Shown here: in pieces, positions 7,837 to 17,807 of the stretch
How the letters are laid out: the number at the start of each line of letters is the position of its first letter
Position numbering within the stretch: the first letter of the stretch is position 1
DNA from: a bacterium
GTDB taxonomy: Bacteria; Patescibacteriota; Saccharimonadia; CAILAD01; BJGX01
Length of the DNA stretch: 64,000 bases
Direction of reading: 5' to 3'
NCBI GenBank assembly: GCA_029778565.1
Contig: JAKOQC010000510.1
Span: 18,838 to 82,837, forward strand
The notes under the pieces: generated by a model
What the model was told of the DNA's origin: nothing
Seen by the model: only the letters and a program-made list of their open reading frames with translations
Database searches by the model: none
Position numbers and translations under genes: made by a program

Positions 7837-9585
7837 CTAATCATTCTCGTCGTTTAATAGACGCTGATATTGTTGTAATAATTTGTGAGCCGTCTCTTGA
7901 TTACCCTCGGCTTCAGCCAGAGCAATCTGACGACTAAGTACTCGCTTCTGTTTTTCTCGATATATTCGAACTAATCTATTTACTTGGGTAAAGGCTTCGA
8001 GCCGTGCGTCGTGCTCTGATAAATCAGAGTTCACTTCTTCTCCCCGTAGTGTCAAAATCTTAACATAGTTAGAAGATTCAGGCAAGAGTTTTGCCAGCTT
8101 CTCGCTCGTAAGACCTGTCTGTTTTAGTAACTCCGTAAAAATTGTTTTGTGACGTTCACTAATATATTCTACTCGTAAATCACCAAGTGCACTGCGAGTC
8201 TCTAAGCGTGTTAGTAAAATTTCTAAAAGGGTTTGTTCTATCTGTTCTTGACGGGTTAATTTAGGTTCTTTTGTTCCCTCTAGCTCAGCTGGCTTTACTT
8301 CTTGCATAGGCGCGGGTGTGCCGGTTAATTTACGCACAATTGCATCTTCGCTAACATCTAGTATCTGGGCAACCTTAGCCACATAGTGTGCCTGCTCTAT
8401 ACTATCGTGCATACCTGCAATTATCGGTAATACAAACTGTGCAAACTGCTTTTTGCCATAGGCTGTGTTAGTATCATACTTTTGCATTCCAAAACGTATT
8501 AAGTAGTCTGGAGCATATTCAGCGCGCTTAAGTGCTTCGTCCCAAGCTTTTTTATCTTTCTTAATTAATTCGTCAGGGTCTTTCGCTCCTGTATAGCTAA
8601 CAACCGAGAGTCGTACATCTAAACCATCACCAAGTTTAATTGCCCGCGCCGTAGCTTCTACACCGGCCTCATCTTGATCAAAGCAAAGCAGAATATTTTT
8701 ACTTAATCTACCAAGATTTTTCAACTGAAACTCACTAAAGGCAGTGCCACTTACAGCTACAGCGTTCTGGTAGCCATGATTACTCAGTCCTACCACATCC
8801 ATATTTCCTTCTACCACAATTACTGCATCTTTTTTTAGGATAGCTTCTTTTGCTTGAGCAAAACCATAGATAACCTGGTTCTTCTGATATATTGGAGTTT
8901 CTGGGGTATTAATATATTTAGCCGCACTAGCATTTTTATCTAAAATACGTGCCGAAAAACCGACTACACGTTTCTGTGCATCAAAAATAGGAAACATTAA
9001 CCGTCCACGAAATAGATCGTAGACAGTATTGCGCCCTGCCTTCTGGGCAACCAGGCCGGCCTGCTTTAGTTCTGTTGCCGTGTAGCCTTTTTGGGTTAAA
9101 AATTTGCTCAAACTATCCCAGCTATCGGGACTGTAACCAAGTTTGTAACGTTTAATTACCTCACTACTCAACCCTCGCTCTTTCTTACAGTAAGCCAAAG
9201 CTAGGGTATTTTTGGATAATGCTAGGTGAAAATACTTCATTGCTTCTTCATTAGCATCATACAGACGCTGTTTATTCTGGCGTTTTTCTCCAGATTGATT
9301 AGAGCGCGGTTTTAGCGTAACTCCAGCTTTTTTAGCAAGCATCTCGAGAGCATCATAAAATTCTAAACCTTCTTGAAGCATCACAAAAGTAAAGATGTCA
9401 CCACCTTTACCGGTACTAAAATCGTGCCAAATGTTTTTTTCAGGGCTCACAATAAAGCTTGGAGTTTTTTCTGCCTTAAACGGACTTAACCCCTTAAAAT
9501 TTGCGCCGGTTTGTTTAAGAGGAACATAAGAACCAATTACCTCAACGATATCAAGGCGTTGTTTTATTTCATCAACCTCATTCAT
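7837..9585 (-). CDS. dnaG: DNA primase (TOPRIM core) with degenerate N-terminal zinc-binding domain
   Basis: 582 aa with a TOPRIM/primase core (VVEGNMDV, CFDQDEAG). The N-terminal motif aligns to CPFHxEKTPSF...YHCFGCG, but the Cys/His ligands are replaced (GLSPFKAEKTPSF...WHDFSTGKGG). Confidence 0.85.
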   Translation of the reverse strand: MNEVDEIKQRLDIVEVIGSYVPLKQTGANFKGLSPFKAEKTPSFIVSPEKNIWHDFSTGKGGDIFTFVMLQEGLEFYDALEMLAKKAGVTLKPRSNQSGEKRQNKQRLYDANEEAMKYFHLALSKNTLALAYCKKERGLSSEVIKRYKLGYSPDSWDSLSKFLTQKGYTATELKQAGLVAQKAGRNTVYDLFRGRLMFPIFDAQKRVVGFSARILDKNASAAKYINTPETPIYQKNQVIYGFAQAKEAILKKDAVIVVEGNMDVVGLSNHGYQNAVAVSGTAFSEFQLKNLGRLSKNILLCFDQDEAGVEATARAIKLGDGLDVRLSVVSYTGAKDPDELIKKDKKAWDEALKRAEYAPDYLIRFGMQKYDTNTAYGKKQFAQFVLPIIAGMHDSIEQAHYVAKVAQILDVSEDAIVRKLTGTPAPMQEVKPAELEGTKEPKLTRQEQIEQTLLEILLTRLETRSALGDLRVEYISERHKTIFTELLKQTGLTSEKLAKLLPESSNYVKILTLRGEEVNSDLSEHDARLEAFTQVNRLVRIYREKQKRVLSRQIALAEAEGNQETAHKLLQQYQRLLNDEND

Positions 9586-9657
9586 ATTCTAAATTATAGG
9601 CTTTAAAGCGTACAAAAAGCAAAAAGCAACCCTCATTAACTGAGAGCTGCTACTTAT

Positions 9658-10080
9658 CTACCAAGTAAGTGGTAATGTTTCGATATCATTTATTTTAGTA
9701 TTGCCGTCTGACTTTTGTTCGCCATCTTGAAGCTGCTTTAGCAAAGCAAGCGACTCTGGCCTATCTCGAAACCGACGAAGACACTGGCGAGCTTCACGAT
9801 CGGCTAACTCAGAAAGTTCAGCGATGTAACGTGTTTGCGACGCTTCAGCGTCAGAAAGTGAACCACCAGTTCTAGCAATACCTTTCTCGTTACGGCCTTC
9901 AACCGCACGAGCAATATAGCTACCAATTTCGTTCTGAAAAGGTTTCAATTCTGGGTGCTCAGCGAGCAAATTATTCTTAGCTGTTGCAATAATAACTATC
10001 AATTCACTTGTAGAAATAAAGTATCTACCAGGGACAAAATTACCCATCGTTCTCTGCACTTTCTGTGTAATATTGAACAA
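9658..10080 (-). CDS. Hypothetical protein (140 aa; internal start MGNF at about 10047 is also possible)
   Basis: Third gene of a co-directional three-gene cluster directly upstream of dnaG. No recognised family. Confidence 0.45.
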   Translation of the reverse strand: MFNITQKVQRTMGNFVPGRYFISTSELIVIIATAKNNLLAEHPELKPFQNEIGSYIARAVEGRNEKGIARTGGSLSDAEASQTRYIAELSELADREARQCLRRFRDRPESLALLKQLQDGEQKSDGNTKINDIETLPLTW

Positions 10081-10363
10081 GCTCTTCTACCGTGTCGATA
10101 AAGAGAGCATTTTCGCGCAATCTATCTATAGCTCGATTAACTGCCGTGCTCTCGCTGTATTCTTGTTCCAAAAAGTACTGTATATCGCGCCAAAGATACG
10201 TCTCGAGGGTCGATCGTCTCGACACATCAAGACGTAAAGAAGTTTTTTCATTTATCAGTACGCCCCTGTCTTTCAACTGTCGGCGTAATTCATTTTCGAG
10301 CTTCTGCTGTGGGCTCAGTCGAACTACCAAAGGTTTAGACTTTGGTGGGTCAAGCGCACTCAT
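10040..10363 (-). CDS. Hypothetical protein (107 aa)
   Basis: Middle gene of the cluster. Its ATG overlaps the TGA of the upstream gene (ATGA). Confidence 0.45.
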   Translation of the reverse strand: MSALDPPKSKPLVVRLSPQQKLENELRRQLKDRGVLINEKTSLRLDVSRRSTLETYLWRDIQYFLEQEYSESTAVNRAIDRLRENALFIDTVEELVQYYTESAENDG

Positions 10364-10863
10364 ACCGAGACAACCTCCTTGGTGGCAATGAGTTTGACAT
10401 ATGGCGGAGCAGACTTGAGTCGTGTATTAACATTACGAATAATCTGATCGAGATTACGCTTCTTCTCCATTGAGGTCACAATTACTCGCTGTGCATAAGA
10501 AGCTAGCTCGCTTCTCTGTGCGTACGTAACCTTGGTGCCATTCAAGAAATCATCAACCAAGCGCTCTGGTGACAGGCGACCATCTTTGATAGCCTGATTA
10601 ACCTCAAACTCTCGGTAAAGTTTCAGAATATTCGAGCGTGAAGCGAAGTATCGCTTGATACGACGTTGGTATTCTCTGGTAAGATTCTTTTTTTCATTGG
10701 GTGTTGCATCAATTGCAAAAATTGCCTTTGTCACCAATTGCTCAACAAATGCTTCCCGTTGCTGAGTTGGCAACAGCGGAATATGGCCATCTTCTACCAT
10801 TCTGAGATACCTTGAGGTAGCTACAAGATTGATATAATCGCGAATCTTGGGTGTTAGGTGCAC
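10360..10863 (-). CDS. Hypothetical protein (167 aa)
   Basis: First gene of the cluster. Basic, helical-looking sequence. Confidence 0.45.
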   Translation of the reverse strand: MHLTPKIRDYINLVATSRYLRMVEDGHIPLLPTQQREAFVEQLVTKAIFAIDATPNEKKNLTREYQRRIKRYFASRSNILKLYREFEVNQAIKDGRLSPERLVDDFLNGTKVTYAQRSELASYAQRVIVTSMEKKRNLDQIIRNVNTRLKSAPPYVKLIATKEVVSV

Positions 10864-10920
10864 TTCATTACCTCCAGAGGTCGAAGTATTTGCCCACTAT
10901 ACGACTTTTTAACTAATTAA

Positions 10921-11490
10921 TCAATAGTTTTGAATAATGTCTAAAACAAGCGGAAAGTCTGTACCCTCGCGTGCAATAAAGTGCCCTTGATTTTTTATCT
11001 CAAATGTTTGGCCACCCAATTGATGGGCTAACTGTTTGCTTCGGAATGGTCTTACCATAAGATCGTTATCTGAATATATATGATACACATTATCTACATG
11101 CTCCTTTACCAACGCTAGGTCTGGTTTGGGAGAAAAATATCTACTTAGACTACGTCCGCCATTGGTTAAAAACCCGGCTACTAGTATTAATTTGGTAGCT
11201 CGTTCTGTTCCCTTGTACTGTTCTAAAACTCGTAAAAGTGTAAACGTGCCAAGCGAGTGGCCCACAAGCGCAGTGTGTTGGTCCAACTTTCCAATTGCCT
11301 TTGCTGCTGTCTGCTCCCAATCTTTTAGACTGGGTAGTTTAGGGTTAGGCATGGCTGGTGCGATAACCTCCACCCCACTAGCTGTAAGTTCTTTTGCTAG
11401 CCAACCAAACCACCCACGGTGGGGTTTATCAGCCCAGCCATGGATAATAATTACTCTTTTTATCTTCATTGGGTTATTGTAACATGTCAA
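10921..11490 (-). CDS. Alpha/beta-hydrolase-fold serine hydrolase (YdeN/RBBP9-like, about 190 aa)
   Basis: Nucleophile elbow GHSLG (LVGHSLGTF). Size and order of the catalytic His/Asp motifs fit the YdeN family. Confidence 0.65.
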   Translation of the reverse strand: MTCYNNPMKIKRVIIIHGWADKPHRGWFGWLAKELTASGVEVIAPAMPNPKLPSLKDWEQTAAKAIGKLDQHTALVGHSLGTFTLLRVLEQYKGTERATKLILVAGFLTNGGRSLSRYFSPKPDLALVKEHVDNVYHIYSDNDLMVRPFRSKQLAHQLGGQTFEIKNQGHFIAREGTDFPLVLDIIQNY

Positions 11491-11536
11491 AATTCTTATG
11501 GTTTGGCTAATAAATTAACTTCGGTATAGTAAAGTT

Positions 11537-13441
11537 ATGTTTATCTATACTCGGCTCGAAAAGCACATACAACAATCTCAGCCCAAGACTATTACAGTTG
11601 ATGTATTCGATACCGTATTAATGCGCAGAAATCGTGCCGAGCAATGGCATTTTTGGCAGTTCTCTAAAAAAGCGGCTAGTACATTACAGAAAAGTAACAT
11701 AAGTTGTTCACCACTCTTATATTTCTCGCTGCGTAATTATTACAACCAAGTTTTGCGCAGGGCCAATCTAGACCAGGGATACGACCACGAGGCGAGCCTA
11801 GACTCGGTTAATGCCGCAATTATTGCTGAGTTGAGCCGGCGTAAGAAGACAAAATTAACTCCAACTAAACAAAAAGATTTGTGCAAAAAACTTACCCAAG
11901 CCGAAATTCAATTTGAGCACGAACACCTCTTTGTTAATAAAAACTTAATTAAGACATTAAAACACTCCGGGTTACCCATCTACTTTTTGACAGATATGTA
12001 CTTCGAATCTGGCCAGATACAACAATTATTAAAAATGTTTGGGCTTACCTATAAGGGCGTTAGCTCGGCCGACCATTTGCATGGCAAAAGTAGCGGGCGA
12101 AGTTTTGCAAGACTATGTGACAAATTCCCTACGGTGCAAGTTGCTACCAATCTTCATATAGGTGACCATCGTCAAGCCGATATTGCTGTACCCGAAGGTA
12201 TGGGAATGATGGTTTTCTGGCTCAATCTGCCATTTCATCGGTTGCGCTTATTGATAACAAAATACTTCTTTGGCCTGCTTGTAAGAATTATTTCTACATC
12301 TGCTATCAGAAAAGAATATAAAAAAATAACTCGGCGACTATTTGCACAAAGAAAGACCGCCAGCACTATAGGTAGTATATTTGCACCAGCAATTATTTAT
12401 TACACACATTATTTAGCCAGCATAAGCTCTGCAAGACAAGCAAAAGTAGCTTTTATATCGAGTGAGTCATATACTCTAAGTAACTTTTATAGACAGTTAG
12501 GTTTTCGCAATTATGCACTACTGCCCACATTTAATCGAACTCGATTAATTCGCGCGTACTGTTATTTGCAACACAAAAATGGCAGTAGCTATCTCTCGCT
12601 GCTACCGATGATAAAGAAGGTACAGCGCCGCAAAACAAATTACGATGCCCTTACCACGCTCGGTGCTCTTACGAATAATAATCAATATCATTTAGTGGGT
12701 AAGAAGGCCTTTAGCGAATATTTAGAGAAAAATGATCACCAAATTACCAAGGAGTTAAAGAAAGTCTATACACAAACCGTGCGCGAGTTTAGCAAGGTAG
12801 CTAAAATAAAAGACCTAAACAAGGTTATTCTTGCCGACGTTGGCTGGAACTCTACTATTCAAATACTGCTGAATGAAATTTTAAAAATTAACAACTATAA
12901 AAACACTCTTTCTGGTATATATCTTGGGCAAACTGGTAGTAATGTCTTTGACCCGGCAATTTCTGCAGATAGTCGGGGCATTCTGTTTAATAATCTAGAG
13001 GGAACGAATAAATACCTTTATCAGCCCGAAGTCTGGGAAAGTTTTTTAAACACCGATAATGTCTCGCACCCAACTCGAGAACAGATACTCGAGAGTGCCT
13101 CTGAATGTATTAAGGTCTACCAAAGATCAAACCTCTCTCCCCTCGATTATTACCTCGCGAGTAAGAAAAATTTAATAGGTACCTTAGCATCACCCAGACG
13201 TTGGCTTATAGCAATATTTGCTCGCCTGCAGTTTGACTACGGTACGGGTAATGAAAGGCCTGTACCATTAGTGGATACTACCCGATCCCCATTATTCATA
13301 TATCGATTATTGCTTAGAGATAGAGCCCAATTTAAACAGTTTTATCATGACAATGGCTGGAAGTGGGGTGCGGCCACATGGTATCATTTTCGTCTACTGT
13401 ATCGCTTGTGGCGCAAAAAAACAAAAAAACCCAGCTTTTAA
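11537..13441 (+). CDS. Large hypothetical protein with HAD-like N-terminal motif I (VDVFDTVL)
   Basis: 634 aa. An N-terminal DxDxT/V motif typical of the HAD superfamily; the remainder is unassigned. Convergent 4-nt overlap with a sulfotransferase-like gene. Confidence 0.5.
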   Translation: MFIYTRLEKHIQQSQPKTITVDVFDTVLMRRNRAEQWHFWQFSKKAASTLQKSNISCSPLLYFSLRNYYNQVLRRANLDQGYDHEASLDSVNAAIIAELSRRKKTKLTPTKQKDLCKKLTQAEIQFEHEHLFVNKNLIKTLKHSGLPIYFLTDMYFESGQIQQLLKMFGLTYKGVSSADHLHGKSSGRSFARLCDKFPTVQVATNLHIGDHRQADIAVPEGMGMMVFWLNLPFHRLRLLITKYFFGLLVRIISTSAIRKEYKKITRRLFAQRKTASTIGSIFAPAIIYYTHYLASISSARQAKVAFISSESYTLSNFYRQLGFRNYALLPTFNRTRLIRAYCYLQHKNGSSYLSLLPMIKKVQRRKTNYDALTTLGALTNNNQYHLVGKKAFSEYLEKNDHQITKELKKVYTQTVREFSKVAKIKDLNKVILADVGWNSTIQILLNEILKINNYKNTLSGIYLGQTGSNVFDPAISADSRGILFNNLEGTNKYLYQPEVWESFLNTDNVSHPTREQILESASECIKVYQRSNLSPLDYYLASKKNLIGTLASPRRWLIAIFARLQFDYGTGNERPVPLVDTTRSPLFIYRLLLRDRAQFKQFYHDNGWKWGAATWYHFRLLYRLWRKKTKKPSF

Positions 13442-14280
13442 AGCAAGTCTTTGGCGTTATAACCTAGCAAATTAGCCATGTCACTCAACCCTGGCGTATC
13501 AAACAATACTTGAGTATCATAAGTAATTTTTTGTTGCTCGGTTGGATTAGTTTTAAGCGGGTTAAGATCGAATACTCTTTTACTAAGTCGTCTTGCGCTT
13601 TCTCGTATTTTTTTACTCCCTTGCTCTTCTAGGCGAGCAGCCGGATTACCGCCAATTGCATGAATAGGTTTCGTCTGGGGTTGAATTTTATATTGCAGAC
13701 CAAGAAAACTCTCTATGCTGTGTATTATATTTGCCCTATTCTGCATAAAATCTTCATTGCGTACCACAAAGTAAGAAACTCCCAAACGATTAAGTGTTCT
13801 TAATGTATCAAAATACGTATCTCTCCAAGCATTGGCTGCCAACCAAGCAGAATCTATTTCTCTATCTAAACAACTTTGCACATAATATTTAGGGTTTTTG
13901 ACGGTTATTAGTACACGAATTTTATCTATTGATGTTTCTTCTGCTAAAAGTCGCAACCAAGCCGCATGTTTACTGGCATCGATAATAGTTTTGGTTTTTA
14001 AATGTCGTAACAAATATCGATGTGCTTCGCTTGGATGTTTATCTTTAAGTCTTTTAAATAGACTGCTATTAAAGATCTGGCAAGTTGCTTCATTTATCTG
14101 GCATGCAGAGCACGTACCGACTATATTATCTAGCTGATACTTTTCGAACAAACCAGGTGCTCGCGAAAGCTCACCTACATAGGTAAGCTTGTTTTTTGTA
14201 CTATGTAACGCCATACCTAGAGCAGTAGACCCACTATAGGCTGTGCCCAACAAAACAATACTCTCTAAACTTTTGCTCAT
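13438..14280 (-). CDS. Sulfotransferase-family protein (P-loop-like 5'-PSB motif GTAYSGST)
   Basis: 280 aa. The N-terminal LLGTAYSGSTALG resembles the PAPS-binding loop. Size is typical of the family. Confidence 0.45.
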   Translation of the reverse strand: MSKSLESIVLLGTAYSGSTALGMALHSTKNKLTYVGELSRAPGLFEKYQLDNIVGTCSACQINEATCQIFNSSLFKRLKDKHPSEAHRYLLRHLKTKTIIDASKHAAWLRLLAEETSIDKIRVLITVKNPKYYVQSCLDREIDSAWLAANAWRDTYFDTLRTLNRLGVSYFVVRNEDFMQNRANIIHSIESFLGLQYKIQPQTKPIHAIGGNPAARLEEQGSKKIRESARRLSKRVFDLNPLKTNPTEQQKITYDTQVLFDTPGLSDMANLLGYNAKDLL

Positions 14281-14317
14281 GTACTTTAGTCTAGGCGAAA
14301 TCGACCTAGCTATGCAA

Positions 14318-15583
14318 CTACTTCCAGGCCCAGGTTTTTACAATATTGTCACTAACTGTTTTAGAAGCATCATCGTTATAACTAGTAGTAATAGTAAATG
14401 CGGTTACTGGAGCGCCATTAAAGGTGTAGTTTTTACCTGTTGGAATGACTGCAATAACTTGTTGAGTAGTACCATTTACCGATTGAACAAGCTTAATTGC
14501 ATCAATATTATTTAGCTGAATCTTGTCATTCGAGATGGGTGTACCGGCCTTAAGAGTATTAGAAAACGTTGTTAAGTCACCCACTGCTGCTGTAGAAGGT
14601 GTAACTGTAATACTATACTGCGAGGTAGCACCAAATTTGGCACCAATATTACAGGCCGTTTTTGTAAAATCAATAGTTGTCTGACTAACAATACCAAAGC
14701 TATAACAATCACGCACGACTTGCTTGTATCCATCTGGAAGCGCCGCTGGCTGGGTAGCAGTAGTTTGTGTTTGTACAGTCTGATCATTCAGCTCGATGGC
14801 AGGTTTTCGTTGGTTACGAGCCGAAAAGACCAAAATGAGCGAAAGAATAATCATTAATGCCAACGCAGCCACAATAATAATAATAAACTTAAGTGGCCCT
14901 TTCTTGCGGGTTGTGTCGGTCATTGCTAAATCAGTAATGTCCGAATTAAAACTCGTACCTAAATCGGTTGGTAACCCACCAGACATAGGCTGCTCTGGTG
15001 TTACTGGGGGTGTATTAAACGAAGTATCAGCTACGGCAGGTGCTGGCATTGGGTTAACTTCAACCCCCGGCTGCATAGCACCTGGTTGAACTGGTTGCGG
15101 TGTTAGAGGTGGCTGATTGCTGAGATCGAGCGTATTTGCATCGGGAATTGCTGGAGTAGCCGGCTGTCCAATTGGCTGTTGTACTGGAGCAGCTTGCTGT
15201 GGTTGAGTTGGTGAGTTAGAAAATGGCGAAAGCACATAATTATCTTGTGGTGGCGGAGTAGCAGCTGGCATTGGGTTGGTAGGAGCGGTCAGAGAAGGAT
15301 TCTCTGGTTCTGGAGGTAAACTAGCAGCATCAGCCTGTGCCTGAGCCTGCCACTGGGGTTGTGGCATTGGTTGTGGGGTAGGAGCAGCGGGTTGTGGCGC
15401 AGCCGTAGCATTTGGGTCGGGCGCTGGCATAGGTACGCCAGTTACAGGGTCTGGTACCTGAACGGGATTTTGGGCAGCAAAAGGATTCGCCGGCTGAGCT
15501 GCAGCAGGCTGTTGTGCCGGTGGTACGGATCCCCCTGTATTCTCCGCTGGGGGTATCGGAAATGTGTTGTCTTGTGGATCCAT
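14318..15583 (-). CDS. Membrane-anchored protein with about 230-aa Pro/Gln/Ala-rich low-complexity N-terminal region
   Basis: 421 aa. PQPAAPTPQPMPQPQWQAQAQA... repeats, a single TM helix (FIIIIVAALALMIILSLILVF), then a C-terminal globular domain. Confidence 0.55.
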   Translation of the reverse strand: MDPQDNTFPIPPAENTGGSVPPAQQPAAAQPANPFAAQNPVQVPDPVTGVPMPAPDPNATAAPQPAAPTPQPMPQPQWQAQAQADAASLPPEPENPSLTAPTNPMPAATPPPQDNYVLSPFSNSPTQPQQAAPVQQPIGQPATPAIPDANTLDLSNQPPLTPQPVQPGAMQPGVEVNPMPAPAVADTSFNTPPVTPEQPMSGGLPTDLGTSFNSDITDLAMTDTTRKKGPLKFIIIIVAALALMIILSLILVFSARNQRKPAIELNDQTVQTQTTATQPAALPDGYKQVVRDCYSFGIVSQTTIDFTKTACNIGAKFGATSQYSITVTPSTAAVGDLTTFSNTLKAGTPISNDKIQLNNIDAIKLVQSVNGTTQQVIAVIPTGKNYTFNGAPVTAFTITTSYNDDASKTVSDNIVKTWAWK

Positions 15584-15639
15584 ATATTACTCGTACTAAT
15601 TATAACAATATCAGCTTAAAATGGCTATGTTTACTTAGG

Positions 15640-16536
15640 CTAATTTGTATCTTTTTCTAAATACTGGGTATATGGCGACCAATCCCCGCCCAGTAAGCTA
15701 ACGCATAGATCTCCAGCCAAAAGCACTGTCTTGTTATCAATATCTCTTTCTGGGTTAACCTCTACACAGTCGAGCGCAATTATGTCTTCTTTAGCCAATT
15801 CTCTACACAAATACGAGACCTCTCGATAGCTTAAACCGCCTCTATTAACAATTCCTGTTCCCGGTGCCTCAGAAGAGTCTATTGAGTCAATATCGAGACT
15901 AACATGCAGTGGCCGCCCAGCAACTTTTTGCCGTACTTCATCAAGAACCGTAGCTATTCCATGCCGAATAATATCATCAATTGTGTAATAGGTAATATTA
16001 TGTGATTGCATATAGCGATACTCTGCCTCGTCAATATCTTTTGCACCAACAATAAAAATTTCGTCATATTGGTATTTGGGTAACTCAAAATCCGCCCACA
16101 AAGCATCTCCAAGCACGGTAGAAAGCGGCATACCATGTATGTTTCCGGTTGGTGAATCTATTGGGTTACTACAATCTGGGTGAGCATCAATGTAGACTAT
16201 GCAGGTTTGAGAGTTGCGGGCTTTAGAGGCAAACAGAGATCCAATTGAAATAGAGTGATCACCACCCAGCGTCAAAACTATATCTTTATCTACTGCCGAA
16301 GAAGTAATTTGTTCAAACAAAGTCTTATTAAAGGATATGAGGCTGTCTAAGTTACGAAGTTTTTTACCTGTATTGTCCGCCTCTTTAACCGCCACAATTG
16401 GTTCTAACTCGCTAAACGGGAACTTGTTTTTCTCTAGTCCAGCACGCAAGGTTGTATTAAGAATAGTGGCCGGTGCCTTCTCGCTCCCCTGGTTAAATGA
16501 CCCTAAACTGGTTGCCGCCTGAACAATTTTTAACAT
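15640..16536 (-). CDS. Arginase/agmatinase-family ureohydrolase (ORF track extends to 16611; internal Met at 16536 avoids overlap with the upstream gene)
   Basis: Binuclear Mn motifs GGDHSIS, DAHPD and SLDIDSID are present. Confidence 0.8.
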   Translation of the reverse strand: MLKIVQAATSLGSFNQGSEKAPATILNTTLRAGLEKNKFPFSELEPIVAVKEADNTGKKLRNLDSLISFNKTLFEQITSSAVDKDIVLTLGGDHSISIGSLFASKARNSQTCIVYIDAHPDCSNPIDSPTGNIHGMPLSTVLGDALWADFELPKYQYDEIFIVGAKDIDEAEYRYMQSHNITYYTIDDIIRHGIATVLDEVRQKVAGRPLHVSLDIDSIDSSEAPGTGIVNRGGLSYREVSYLCRELAKEDIIALDCVEVNPERDIDNKTVLLAGDLCVSLLGGDWSPYTQYLEKDTN

Positions 16537-16555
16537 ATCACCAGTATGGGTTATT

Positions 16556-17776
16556 TTAGGCAGATTGTGAAGAACCTTTAAACTGCTTAGCCCATTCTGG
16601 CAGTTGTCCACCTAGTGAGTTTGTTACCATAGTATCAGGATTAATGCCAGCCATTATTAATGCTTGTCTAAAGTACTTTTTAGCTTCCTCTCTTAGTAAT
16701 CCCGGGGTTAAGTTAGTAATATTTTGTTCATCAGCTTTTATCCTAGCTGTCTCAAAAGCTAGTGTCATACATACCGAAATCAAATGATTATATGAGAGTG
16801 TATCTCTACCCTCATAACTCAGTAGAGCATTGTAGTACCTTGGTTCTGGTGCAAAACTAACACCCCTACATAATTCGTTGGCTGTTATTACCCCGCTTTC
16901 ACTCAACAACTCATTCGGACAGTACTGATTGAAAGCAGTTATTAAATTAATTATTTGTTCGCTGGTGTTAGTGTCTTGTACATAGATAATAATTGACTCT
17001 TGTCGAGCTGATAATAAGGTGGGTATTTTAAAATATATCTCATCATTCAGACCAGTTACTTCTAAAGCTCGTTGAAAACTCTGCAGTACTCCAGCCGGAT
17101 CTTTCGAAAGATCGGCAGAGATATATATTCTGCTCTCTGTTTTACCAGGTAATTCAGAGTTGAAATGCCAAAATAAACCACTATCTTGCTCGACGATGTG
17201 TTCGTTAGAATGCACCGCACAAATCGCTTTAAAGGCCTTACTGTAACCATCTTGTTTACTGCGAAGAACATTGTAATCAATCGGCTGTCTAACAATATCA
17301 TTATAAGGATCTGCGTAGTTTGCCCCGGAACCATGTAGTAAAAACATCTTTGCCAATACGGGGTCTATTTCTCTGCTTCTAACTTTTTCTACCACTGTGG
17401 CACGCATAGTACTAAATAATCTGTCTGCTTCTTGCCAAGCCTTTGTAAAACGTTCTGACCGACCTTTGTATTTCTCTTTCAAATGGGCGTAAATGCCAGC
17501 TCTTTGTTTATCAAAAATATCATTATGAGGAACATTCCAGTCAGTTCTTCTATCCCCATGTAGCGGTGCAATATATTCAAGAGGTTGACTCCGGCTCCAA
17601 CTATGCCTTTGGGCGTTCATTGCGAGCTGTCGATAAACCCTGTCGAATACTTTATCGGCTTCAGGCACCAAAGCCTCTTTAGTTTCGGCCATATTTTTTA
17701 GGCCAGCATACAAATCTTTTCTATCAGCTAAGTATGGTTTATCGTCTGCTAAATTACTCTCTTTTAGCTGTGGCAT
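16556..17776 (-). CDS. Hypothetical protein (406 aa)
   Basis: Long ORF with no recognised motifs. Confidence 0.5.
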   Translation of the reverse strand: MPQLKESNLADDKPYLADRKDLYAGLKNMAETKEALVPEADKVFDRVYRQLAMNAQRHSWSRSQPLEYIAPLHGDRRTDWNVPHNDIFDKQRAGIYAHLKEKYKGRSERFTKAWQEADRLFSTMRATVVEKVRSREIDPVLAKMFLLHGSGANYADPYNDIVRQPIDYNVLRSKQDGYSKAFKAICAVHSNEHIVEQDSGLFWHFNSELPGKTESRIYISADLSKDPAGVLQSFQRALEVTGLNDEIYFKIPTLLSARQESIIIYVQDTNTSEQIINLITAFNQYCPNELLSESGVITANELCRGVSFAPEPRYYNALLSYEGRDTLSYNHLISVCMTLAFETARIKADEQNITNLTPGLLREEAKKYFRQALIMAGINPDTMVTNSLGGQLPEWAKQFKGSSQSA

Positions 17777-17807
17777 TATAATCTCACTTTACTGATATAA
17801 TAGTAGC

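Noticed and set aside
14243-15619. Plus-strand ORFs 14243-14515, 14796-15089 and 15359-15619, antisense to the PQ-rich gene
   Set aside because: They are antisense to a long minus-strand ORF whose low-complexity repeats produce open frames on the opposite strand.
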